Notes under the pieces: generated by a model
Told to the model about the DNA's origin: nothing
The model's input: the letters and a program-made list of their open reading frames with translations, nothing else
Databases searched by the model: none
Shown here: positions 9,542 to 17,876 of the stretch, piece by piece
Layout of the letters: each line of letters opens with the position of its first letter
Position numbering within the stretch: position 1 is the stretch's first letter
Program-made: the position numbers and the translations under genes
Origin: an uncultured Nitrospiraceae bacterium
GTDB lineage: Bacteria; Nitrospirota; Nitrospiria; Nitrospirales; Nitrospiraceae
Assembly (NCBI GenBank): GCA_963846575.1
Contig: CAWJWJ010000002.1
Span: forward strand, 1,440,001 to 1,504,000
Length of the DNA stretch: 64,000 nucleotides
Direction: 5' to 3'

Positions 9542-9730
9542 ATGGCAGATCAGCTGATTGTGAGACGAATCGGTTTGATTCTATCAATTGCGACCTGTGC
9601 CCTGGCTGTAGGCGCCCAAGCGAAGGGTCTTCTTACTCGAACCCCGGATGAATCCTTGTATCCGGAGATCGTGGCGGCATTGGGTGCAGAGTCGGCCTGG
9701 CCACATCTGCGTGGCGATCTTGGCAAGTGA
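9542..9730 (+). CDS. Small exported hypothetical protein (62 aa)
   Basis: AGGGAG RBS; signal-peptide-like N-terminus (RRIGLILSIATCALAVGAQA); lies between a box promoter and the ferritin-like gene. Confidence 0.45.
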   Translation: MADQLIVRRIGLILSIATCALAVGAQAKGLLTRTPDESLYPEIVAALGAESAWPHLRGDLGK

Positions 9731-9788
9731 GCGAGACCCGCTATGACTGTTAGTAACCACCCTTTGGATGTGAACGAGAGGAGCGGAC

Positions 9789-10328
9789 ATGAAGAATGAA
9801 AACCCGCAGGGGTCAATCGTGAAAGACATTCAGGCCATTCGGGATCGTGCGCGCCAGCATATCGAGGATGGAGCGGTGACGGCGGACTACAAGGGCGACC
9901 CGAAGGTCGTCGTCAAGCTGTTGAACGAGGCTCTCGCGACCGAGATCGTGTGCGTCTTGCGATATAAACGTCATTACTTCATGGCGGAGGGTATGAACGC
10001 GGAAAGCGTCAAAAGCGAGTTCCTGGAACATGCCACTGAAGAACAGATGCATGCTGACGAGTTGGCCGAACGGATCGTCCAATTGGGTGGTGAACCGAAC
10101 CTGTCTCCCGACGGGCTCGCGACCAGGAGTCATTCCGAGTATGTGGAGGGCGGGAACCTGCAGGACATGATCAAGGAAGATTTGGTGGCGGAACGTGTGG
10201 CGATCGAAAGCTACCGTGACATGATTAAGTTCGTCGGAGAGAATGATCCCACGACACGTCGACTACTCGAGAATATCCTCATGAAGGAGGAGGAACATGC
10301 GGAGGATCTCGTGAGTCTCCTCAAATAA
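9789..10328 (+). CDS. Bacterioferritin/Dps-like ferritin-superfamily protein
   Basis: EALATE, EEQMHAD, DLVAER and EEEHAED di-iron motifs. Confidence 0.9.
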   Translation: MKNENPQGSIVKDIQAIRDRARQHIEDGAVTADYKGDPKVVVKLLNEALATEIVCVLRYKRHYFMAEGMNAESVKSEFLEHATEEQMHADELAERIVQLGGEPNLSPDGLATRSHSEYVEGGNLQDMIKEDLVAERVAIESYRDMIKFVGENDPTTRRLLENILMKEEEHAEDLVSLLK

Positions 10329-10340
10329 ATCGAACTCAAC

Positions 10341-10396
10341 GGAAGGGTCGGACCGGGTCAGAACTATCCAACGGTTTGGTCGGGCCGGCCCTTTCT
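10341..10396 (+). terminator. Imperfect hairpin after the ferritin-like gene
   Basis: GGAAGGGTCGG...CCGGCCCTTTC stem, pyrimidine tail. Confidence 0.35.
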
Positions 10397-10761
10397 CCCT
10401 CACGCCCCTAGGCAGAAGTGAACTGACCCTCGTGGAAGCGACTACTACCTGGCCGGTGAACGCCCATCCTTCAACGCCAAGCCCATCGTTTGAATCGTGT
10501 CAGATGCGAACCATCGTAACGATTCATGACGCCCGGGATCATTGATGGATCGGACTCCCTGGACCTCTCTTCCTTTCTTCTCGACGCGTTCAGGCTAAGG
10601 GGCCTCGGGGATATCCCGAGTGCTTCGCCCAGCATTGTGGCGCATGTATTCTACGCCCCCTCTGCCAGGATTTTCCGTGACAACTGGTAGGACGCATACG
10701 TAGAGAAACGCATGTGTATCGTGGCTGTACATGGTGCCGACAGGGCATAAGTGTCATGGAA

Positions 10762-10777
10762 CTAGGGGTATATCCAG
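10762..10777 (+). promoter_or_regulatory. Box CTAGGGGTATATCCAG upstream of the csbD cluster
   Basis: TAAAAG -10-like element at 10801 (gap 23); weaker copies at 10605-10620 and 10617-10632. Confidence 0.65.
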
Positions 10778-10842
10778 TCGCGCTCCCAGGCAGGTGGAGG
10801 TAAAAGAAAGCATACTAAGCTTACAGCGACCGGACTCATGAA

Positions 10843-10870
10843 TCGTGATGAACGTGTCGTGATGAACGTG
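10843..10870 (+). repeat. Tandem 14-bp direct repeat TCGTGATGAACGTG x2
   Basis: Exact duplication, 10843-10856 and 10857-10870. Confidence 0.8.
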
Positions 10871-10883
10871 TAGGGAGGCCGAC

Positions 10884-11105
10884 ATGCGAGCTGAACGATC
10901 TAACGGACTGAAGCGGCGGGTGGTGGTTACCGTGATGAATGAAGAGAGCCCTTCCGCAATCCGCGTCTACCGTGGCGGACGTTTGGGACTGGCCTCGCGG
11001 TTGCCTGACCAGTATGTGTTCAGACCGCCACAACCGCAACATCCGAGCACGCCGCCAGTGGGACGGGGTCACGGCTGTTTTCCTGTCCCGTCGCAACAAC
11101 ACTAA
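10884..11105 (+). CDS. Possible small hypothetical protein (73 aa)
   Basis: GGGAGG RBS; ends 14 nt before csbD; no recognisable domain. Confidence 0.3.
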   Translation: MRAERSNGLKRRVVVTVMNEESPSAIRVYRGGRLGLASRLPDQYVFRPPQPQHPSTPPVGRGHGCFPVPSQQH

Positions 11106-11119
11106 AAAGGAGGACCTCT

Positions 11120-11359
11120 ATGAACGCTGATCAATTCAAAGGTAAATGGGTGCAATTCAAGGGCGAACTGAAGCAGAAATGGGGAGATCTGACCGACGAT
11201 GATTTGATGCAGGTGGAGGGGAATTACGACAAATTTGTCGGCAGAGTTCAGGAACGCTATGGCGACAAGAAGGAAGAAGTCGTCAAATGGGCGGACGATT
11301 GGTACAGCCGTCAGGGTACGGCCGGTGCGAAGCCGGGAGAAGCCCCGCGTCCTCGCTGA
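11120..11359 (+). CDS. csbD: CsbD/YjbJ-family general stress protein
   Basis: [26 protein letters not shown]...G...VQERYG signature; AAGGAGG RBS. Confidence 0.92.
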   Translation: MNADQFKGKWVQFKGELKQKWGDLTDDDLMQVEGNYDKFVGRVQERYGDKKEEVVKWADDWYSRQGTAGAKPGEAPRPR

Positions 11360-11511
11360 GAATCACTGTCGCGTGAGGGGTGCTCTACCCGGCATCTCTC
11401 ACGCGTGGAGCTTGACAGGGCAAAGGTGCACAGGCCGGGCGAACGTCGACACATCACGGCGCTGTGGGGCGGAAGCAACGTTTCCGCACGATCATTCAAG
11501 AAGGAGTGAGC

Positions 11512-11880
11512 ATGGAACTCAGACTGAGATTGTTGTCCGCAGTGACGCTGACGGGCGTGATGCTAAGTGCAGGACTGAGCGCAGCCGGACAGCCCCTTGC
11601 AGCGGGACCGACAATCCCTCAACAGGACGGTGAGCAGACACACGCGTTGCCCGTCGTGAATCAGGACCAGTTCGAAGGCAAGTGGAAGCAGTTCAAGGGA
11701 GAACTGAAAGAGAAATGGGCGGACTTCACGGAGGACGACCTGCTGGCGATCGAGGGCCGTGTCGATAAGCTCGAGGGAAAGATCCAGGAGCGTTATGGCG
11801 ATCGTCGGGAGGAAGTGAAGGATTGGATCGACGAGTGGTTTGACGCGCACGGCGTCCGTAAGGAATCGACACAATCCTAA
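11512..11880 (+). CDS. CsbD-family protein with N-terminal signal peptide
   Basis: Signal peptide, then NQDQFEGKWKQFKGELKEKWADFTEDDL...IQERYG; AAGGAG RBS. Confidence 0.85.
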   Translation: MELRLRLLSAVTLTGVMLSAGLSAAGQPLAAGPTIPQQDGEQTHALPVVNQDQFEGKWKQFKGELKEKWADFTEDDLLAIEGRVDKLEGKIQERYGDRREEVKDWIDEWFDAHGVRKESTQS

Positions 11881-11915
11881 CTCATCGTGGTCCCAGCAGA
11901 GGAGGAGTGACGGTC

Positions 11916-12518
11916 ATGATACGCAGTTGGTCTCATACCATGTTTGCGCTGACTCTCGGGGCAGCGGTCGGACTCGGCATGCTTCAAGCGCCGGCGATGG
12001 CCCGGGCCGCGGACGACAATGGTCTCTTCCAGCAAATGGACATCGGGTTGGTCTCGATCGGCGGTCGTGCCACCTATGTCGATCCGAAGGATGGATCAAG
12101 CCGGTGGTTTGGCGGCGGGCAAGTACGGCTTCACCCCTGGCAGTATCTGGCCTTCGAAGGCTCAGCCGATTACCGGCGAAACGACATCGGAGATACCCGC
12201 GTTCATACCTATCCTGTGATGGTGTCTGCCTTGATCTATCCGTTTGGAACGACCAGACTGGCACCCTTCCTCCTCGGAGGGGGCGGGTGGTACTACACGA
12301 CAGTGAAGGGGCCCGGCGGATTCGATGACACCCAGAACCGGTTCGGTGCCCATGCCGGGGGCGGACTGCAATTCTTCTTCAACAAACACGTCTCCATCGA
12401 TAGCACGTACCGATATATCTGGCTTGAGAAGATCGAATCCAGGGACCAGAACATCGTGGATAAAAAGTTTCAAGACAACGGCCATATGGTGACGGCCGCG
12501 ATCAATTTCCATTTCTAA
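11916..12518 (+). CDS. 8-stranded outer-membrane beta-barrel (OmpW/OmpA-TM-like)
   Basis: Signal peptide; PFLLGGGGWY, GAHAGGGLQF; C-terminal FHF. Confidence 0.8.
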   Translation: MIRSWSHTMFALTLGAAVGLGMLQAPAMARAADDNGLFQQMDIGLVSIGGRATYVDPKDGSSRWFGGGQVRLHPWQYLAFEGSADYRRNDIGDTRVHTYPVMVSALIYPFGTTRLAPFLLGGGGWYYTTVKGPGGFDDTQNRFGAHAGGGLQFFFNKHVSIDSTYRYIWLEKIESRDQNIVDKKFQDNGHMVTAAINFHF

Positions 12519-12596
12519 GAGACAGCCACATTCACCGCCGCCAGGGTATCACCGGGGTGGAGGGCATCAGAAGGTGTTGGAGACAGGAATGCCGGT

Positions 12597-13673
12597 TTGA
12601 TGGGCTCACTTGTAGGAATCATCGTTCTGCTGTCCCTCCTTTTTCAGGGAGTTGATGCAGCCGCTGAAGGTTCTGACGAATACATTGCCGGATATGCGGC
12701 CGCGCTGGTGGAGCATGAATTCGACCTTCCGGGAACCGACATTCAGGTCGACCAAGGGGTGGTCACGGTATACGTGAAGCGGTTGGGAGCGGACGACCCG
12801 ACGAAGATCGCCGAGGCATTAAAAAAAATACCGGGCGTGGTGGACGCCCGGGTGCGAGAGGGAGAACCGGCACAACCGCGATCGGTGTCTTCGGCCCGCA
12901 CCGCCACTCCGGAGCCCGAGTCGAAGTTTTTGCCGCGGGGAATCCTCGTTGAGCCGTTCCATGCTGATCCCCGGTGGCCCCACTTTGGCGCCTCGTATCA
13001 CTGGTTGTCGTCAGGACGGCAGTTCGCAAGTTCCTTCGGCGAATCCTTCGCGTTCTATCGGAATGCCGCCCCCTTCAATGGGCAATGGGAATTGGGCATG
13101 CAGGCAGGAGTGTTCGGAGTGTTCGACACCCAGCGACGTTCGATCGATCTTATCAATGCCGATTATACCGTCGGGTTGTTAGCAAGTTACCGGGCCGACA
13201 AGTTTTCGGGGTTTATCCGCATTCATCATCAGAGCTCGCATCTGGGAGATGAGTTTTTGTTGAGCAATCCTCAGGTGACACGGATCAACCTGAGCTTCGA
13301 AGAAGTGGATCTGAAGCTGTCCTATGATCTGACGACGTGGCTTCGTGTGTATGGCGGCGTCGGAACGCTGATACGGGTGGACCCTCGTGGGTTAGGGCGC
13401 CATACCTCTCAGGGGGGAGCGGAGTTCAAAAGCCCCTGGACCGTCTTCGGAGGCAAGATTCGTCCGGTTGCGTATGCCGACTTTCAGGCCAATTCGCGCT
13501 CAAATTGGAAGCTGGGGCAATCCATGAGAGCCGGGTTTCAATTTGAAAATGCCGTGATCGGGGATCGGAAACTCCAGGTGCTGGCGGAATACTTTTCGGG
13601 TCCCTCACCCAACGGTCAACTCTACGACCAGACGGTCGAATGGGTCGGGATGGGGATTCACCTCTGGTTCTAA
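12597..13673 (+). CDS. DUF1207-like exported/outer-membrane protein
   Basis: ADPRWPHF, LINADY and HQSSHLGDEF motifs; C-terminal Phe. Confidence 0.75.
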   Translation: MMGSLVGIIVLLSLLFQGVDAAAEGSDEYIAGYAAALVEHEFDLPGTDIQVDQGVVTVYVKRLGADDPTKIAEALKKIPGVVDARVREGEPAQPRSVSSARTATPEPESKFLPRGILVEPFHADPRWPHFGASYHWLSSGRQFASSFGESFAFYRNAAPFNGQWELGMQAGVFGVFDTQRRSIDLINADYTVGLLASYRADKFSGFIRIHHQSSHLGDEFLLSNPQVTRINLSFEEVDLKLSYDLTTWLRVYGGVGTLIRVDPRGLGRHTSQGGAEFKSPWTVFGGKIRPVAYADFQANSRSNWKLGQSMRAGFQFENAVIGDRKLQVLAEYFSGPSPNGQLYDQTVEWVGMGIHLWF

Positions 13674-13735
13674 TGGAACTCAGATAGACGAGGCTGACGG
13701 ATTATCTCTCATGGACATGGACGAAAGGGGACACA

Positions 13736-13900
13736 ATGCCTACTGAAACAGCGACCAGGAAGAAATGTGCCCATCCGAAATGCGAGTGTTCGGCCGAACC
13801 GGGCAAGGAGTTCTGTTCCGATGCCTGCCGGAACGCGAAGGCGCCCACCGGTTCCTGTTCCTGCGGTCATGGCGGCTGCGCAGCAAAGCAGCAGCATTAA
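13736..13900 (+). CDS. Bacterial metallothionein-like protein (54 aa; not in ORF track)
   Basis: Hand translation MPTETATRKKCAHPKCECSAEPGKEFCSDACRNAKAPTGSCSCGHGGCAAKQQH; 8 Cys and 3 His; AAAGGGG RBS. Confidence 0.8.
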   Translation: MPTETATRKKCAHPKCECSAEPGKEFCSDACRNAKAPTGSCSCGHGGCAAKQQH

Positions 13901-13967
13901 TGGGCGGGCGGCCCGGAGGGCCGTCGGTCTGGGCCAGGGTTTTTCACAATTTAGATGAGGTGTCATC

Positions 13968-14135
13968 ATGCTGAACTGGGCAGTAACTTTTCTCGTAATC
14001 GGATTGATCGCCGGCCTGTTGGGTGTGACCGGAGTGGCGGGGACTGCGACCCACATCGCCTACGTGTTGTTCGTGGTGTTTCTCATCATGGCCGTGGTGG
14101 GCATGGTCATGGGGCGCCGACCCCCTGTCACGTAA
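13968..14135 (+). CDS. DUF1328/YtjA-family small membrane protein (55 aa; not in ORF track)
   Basis: [64 protein letters not shown]. Confidence 0.88.
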   Translation: MLNWAVTFLVIGLIAGLLGVTGVAGTATHIAYVLFVVFLIMAVVGMVMGRRPPVT

Positions 14136-14148
14136 AACCTTCTCGATC

Positions 14149-17100
14149 TTAGGCTCTGGTGCGGACGGAGCTGATGATCGCCTCGTAGAGTTGCACGGCG
14201 GCGCGCTCTTTGGTGACAAAGACCGCCGCCCCCGCATTGACCATCATCTCTTCAATATGCCGTTCATTCTGGACGGAGAGTCCGATGATCACCGTAGCGG
14301 GACGCCGCCCCATGATTTGACGGGTCGCCTCGATGCCGTCCAGCCTCGGCATGTTGATGTCCATGACCACCACGTCCGGCTTCAGCGCTTCAGCCTGGTT
14401 GACCGCAGTTTCGCCATCCCCGGCCTCGCCGATGACTTCGAGATCCTGATAACCTTCTAAGACGCTTCTGAGCCCCTGCCTCACCATCGCATGGTCATCC
14501 ACGAGCAGGATGCGCAGCTTCTGCGACCCGGTTCCGGCGGGGGCCACCCCTGACGGTTGGTGCTCAATTGCGGGATCCCGGGCCATGGTCTGCGAGTGGT
14601 CCAATGGCACGGTAAGGGACACGCAGGTGCCGGCTTTTTCAGAGGAGCGAAGTTCAAAGTGCCCCCCGACCGCCTCGATGCGCTCTTGGATGTTGAACAG
14701 TCCGAACCGGCCGGACTGATGCCGGTCCGGCTCCATGATCGCGGCGGGATCGCATCCGTTTCCCTGATCGGACACCGCCACCTGCAGAGTGCGGTCGCTC
14801 TGGCAGAGCAGGTGGATAGTGGCTTCATCGGTGCCGGAATGTTTGATGACATTGAACAGCAGTTCCCGGACGCTTTGATAGAGAATGACCGCGCGTTCCT
14901 CGGCCAGGTTCACCTGATCCATGTCGCAATGGACCTCGACGTTCAACCCGTGAATTTTCATCTGTCTGCCGAGCCATTTGAGGGCGGCCGGCAGTCCGAA
15001 CTGATACAGGACTTGCGGGCTCAATTCGGCCACGAGCGTGCGGGTATAGTTCAGTGACTGCGTAAGCACGTCATCCGCTTCGTCTAAAATCTTCTGCGTT
15101 TTCGGATCGCTGACGAGGGGCCTGGCCTGTCCCAGTTTCATGCGCCCGACCACCAGCAACTGGGCCAGATAGTCATGCAACTCCGTCGCCAGCCGTCGGC
15201 GTTCCTGTTGCTCCGTAGCACTCAAATCCGAGGCCAGGGCACGGAGCCGTTCCTGGGACCGCAGGAGCGCGTCCGTGCGTTCATGCACCCGTTGTTCGAG
15301 TTCGGCCGTCCACCGGTGTAACTGTGATTCAGCCTGTTTGCGATCGGTGATATCAAGCGCGGCATGGAGATAGCCGTTGAAGGTCCCCTCAGCCGTCAGG
15401 AGCGGCACTCCGCGATGCAGGATCGATCCGTAGGTGTGGTCACGCTTGCGCAACCGGTATTCCATTTCGAAGGGCTGCCGCCGGTCGAAGGCCGAGTCGT
15501 AAGTCTGTCGGCAGCCTGGTACGTCGTCGGGGTGGATGCCGGACATCCATCCGTCCCCCAGTTCGTCCTGCAATCCCCGGCCTGTATAATCGAGCCATGA
15601 TTTGTTGTGCCAGGTTGAGGCCTTGTCGACCCCGGCCATGGAAACCAGCACCGGGGTTGCATCGGCCAACATGCGAAAGTGCGCCTCGCTTTCCCGAAGG
15701 CCCGCTTCAATTCGTTTGCGCTCCGTAATGTCGCGCACAATTGCATGCCATCGCCGGTCGGGCTGGAGTTTCGCGCTGACCTCGACCGAGATCAGCGAGC
15801 CATCCTTCCGGCGGAGAGTCCATTCGCCGGCATGCCGATGGCCCTCGAGCACCTCGGTCTTGATCTCCTTCAGCCGCTGAAAATCCTGTGGCGCGAGCAA
15901 GTCCGTGACCCGCATGTTGAGAAGTTCCGCACGGGAATACCCCACCATCTGGCAACCGCGGTTGTTGATGTCAAGGTAGTGGCCCGCCATGTCGGCCATG
16001 ACGATTCCATCCGAGGCCTGCTCGAACAGATGCCGGAACCGGCCTTCGCTTTCACGCAAGGCCCGCTCGGTCTGCTTGCGATCGGTCAGGTTCGTGACCA
16101 GGATATACAAGCCTGCTATCTCTCCTGCCGGCGTCCGGTCCGGTACATACGTAGCGAGGAGGGTTTCTTCCCGCCCCTTCCCCGACACGGTGGTCTCGAA
16201 AGACACCTGTTCGCCGCGCAGCGCACGATGGAGACTGGCTCGCACGCCGGCGTACTCCTGCGGCATGAGGTCGGCCATCGATTGCCCGATGATGCGCTCA
16301 CGGGACAGGTTGAAGTATCGTTCATATCCGGCGTTGACGAACTGATAGCGTTCCTCGCGATCGACATAGGCGATCATGCCGGGGAGAGAATCGGTGATCA
16401 CCCGTAGCTGAGATTCGCTCTGCTGGAGGGCGCGTTCCGCACGCTTCCGCGCCGTGATGTCGAACATGACACCGGTAATGTGCCGTGGCTGTCCCGATGC
16501 ATCAGGCAACACTTGTCCCGCGATGGCGATCCAGGCATCCTCGCGGGAGGGGGAGCGGAGAATGCGGCATTCCAGGTCGTAGGGGCTGCGATCCCGGACC
16601 GCCTGTTCGATCACCCCTGTGACTCTGGCGCGGTCGTCCGGATGGAGGAGCTGTTGAAACGCGGCGAACGTCCCGCCGAAACTCGCCGGGGGAAGACCGA
16701 ACAGAGTGTCCAATTCAGGAGACCAGATAAAGGTACTGTCGTCGAGATCGTGATGAAAGGTCCCCATGCGGCCCGCATTCAGCGCGAGCCGATGGCGGGC
16801 TTCCCGCTGTTGAAGAATCTGGAGAAGATGCTTTTTCTGTCCATCCGTGCGGTTCAGCGTGCCGGCGAGGATCCAGAGAAAAGCCAGAACGATCATAATG
16901 ACGGCGGCCACGGCCAGCGCCACGCCGAAGTTGAAGCCATAGTGGCCGGAGCGCTGAGCGGTAATTCTGATCCACCCGGCGAGGATGGGAAGGCCGATCG
17001 CGAAAGGGAGGACCCGCCGCAGCATCAGGCCTCCGAGGTCTTCACTGGTCAGGGTGGCGATGAAGCCCTTCTCCGGGCGCGCCGCGAGAATGCCTAGTCC

Positions 17101-17691
17101 TATCGCGGTCAGGAGGCTGGCAGCGGAGAGAGAAATCCACGTGAATTCTCCCACCTGATACAGCGATGGCACCCCGTAGAGGTACCCCACCAGCGCGACA
17201 GATCCGATCGTGCCACCGACCAGGGCTCCATATTGCAGGGGATCGTAACGACTGACAGGTGCCCGATCCAGGCGTAACAGCGCGAGCCCGAACAGCAACA
17301 GCGAAAAGGCGGTGGGGGGGGCCATGCGGTAGGGGTGCGGACCGCCACCATTCTGAAAGGGGGGACCCCAACGATCAATTCCGAGCTCAATCGAGAACAG
17401 GTATTCGAACAGGGTAGCGACGGCGAGAAGGCACACGCCCAGGGCCATGACCTGCGCCACCCGATGCCGAGCGCCGGACGGACCGGGACGAATCCGGAGC
17501 CACAACGCCAGACCGCACAAGAGTGTGCCGATGACCGTGTTGGGCTGAATCCGGTAGAAGGAAGTCGGGATGGCAGGCATGAGCCCGGGATCGTTGAGCC
17601 AGCTCAAAAGAATGCCGACCGGTAGGAGGATGGTGAAGATCGCAGCCGAATAGGCGAGGCGGTGGAACTGTGAGAGCACGGCTCTGGTCAT
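14149..17691 (-). CDS. Membrane-bound multi-PAS hybrid histidine kinase (HisKA_3, HATPase, C-terminal REC)
   Basis: Multi-TM N-terminus, about four PAS domains, ERRRLATELHDYLAQ H-box, ELLFNVIKHS, REC LLVDDH...VMDINMP. Confidence 0.92.
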   Translation of the reverse strand: MTRAVLSQFHRLAYSAAIFTILLPVGILLSWLNDPGLMPAIPTSFYRIQPNTVIGTLLCGLALWLRIRPGPSGARHRVAQVMALGVCLLAVATLFEYLFSIELGIDRWGPPFQNGGGPHPYRMAPPTAFSLLLFGLALLRLDRAPVSRYDPLQYGALVGGTIGSVALVGYLYGVPSLYQVGEFTWISLSAASLLTAIGLGILAARPEKGFIATLTSEDLGGLMLRRVLPFAIGLPILAGWIRITAQRSGHYGFNFGVALAVAAVIMIVLAFLWILAGTLNRTDGQKKHLLQILQQREARHRLALNAGRMGTFHHDLDDSTFIWSPELDTLFGLPPASFGGTFAAFQQLLHPDDRARVTGVIEQAVRDRSPYDLECRILRSPSREDAWIAIAGQVLPDASGQPRHITGVMFDITARKRAERALQQSESQLRVITDSLPGMIAYVDREERYQFVNAGYERYFNLSRERIIGQSMADLMPQEYAGVRASLHRALRGEQVSFETTVSGKGREETLLATYVPDRTPAGEIAGLYILVTNLTDRKQTERALRESEGRFRHLFEQASDGIVMADMAGHYLDINNRGCQMVGYSRAELLNMRVTDLLAPQDFQRLKEIKTEVLEGHRHAGEWTLRRKDGSLISVEVSAKLQPDRRWHAIVRDITERKRIEAGLRESEAHFRMLADATPVLVSMAGVDKASTWHNKSWLDYTGRGLQDELGDGWMSGIHPDDVPGCRQTYDSAFDRRQPFEMEYRLRKRDHTYGSILHRGVPLLTAEGTFNGYLHAALDITDRKQAESQLHRWTAELEQRVHERTDALLRSQERLRALASDLSATEQQERRRLATELHDYLAQLLVVGRMKLGQARPLVSDPKTQKILDEADDVLTQSLNYTRTLVAELSPQVLYQFGLPAALKWLGRQMKIHGLNVEVHCDMDQVNLAEERAVILYQSVRELLFNVIKHSGTDEATIHLLCQSDRTLQVAVSDQGNGCDPAAIMEPDRHQSGRFGLFNIQERIEAVGGHFELRSSEKAGTCVSLTVPLDHSQTMARDPAIEHQPSGVAPAGTGSQKLRILLVDDHAMVRQGLRSVLEGYQDLEVIGEAGDGETAVNQAEALKPDVVVMDINMPRLDGIEATRQIMGRRPATVIIGLSVQNERHIEEMMVNAGAAVFVTKERAAVQLYEAIISSVRTRA

Positions 17692-17876
17692 ACTAAATAT
17701 TCGAGCATCATGAGAGAAGTGAATTGATTTCCGTGGCGAGGTTAAGTGGCCCCCACGCTAGGGAGACCGCACTTCAGTACCCTGGCTCTGTTGCGATCGG
17801 CTCATCCTGCGACTATTGTGTGACGGTCTTAAATTCCCCTCACAAGACCCGGGGCGTGGTTCTCCTGACGAGCCGG

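Noticed and set aside
13673..13810. Cluster of ANGGA motifs suggesting a CsrB-like sRNA
   Set aside because: The region is better explained by the RBS and coding sequence of the metallothionein-like gene at 13736.
17758..17773. CTAGGG half-site upstream of the large kinase (similar cases at 9432, 10408, 12541, 20634)
   Set aside because: Incomplete second arm and no -10 at 22-24 nt, so not counted as boxes.
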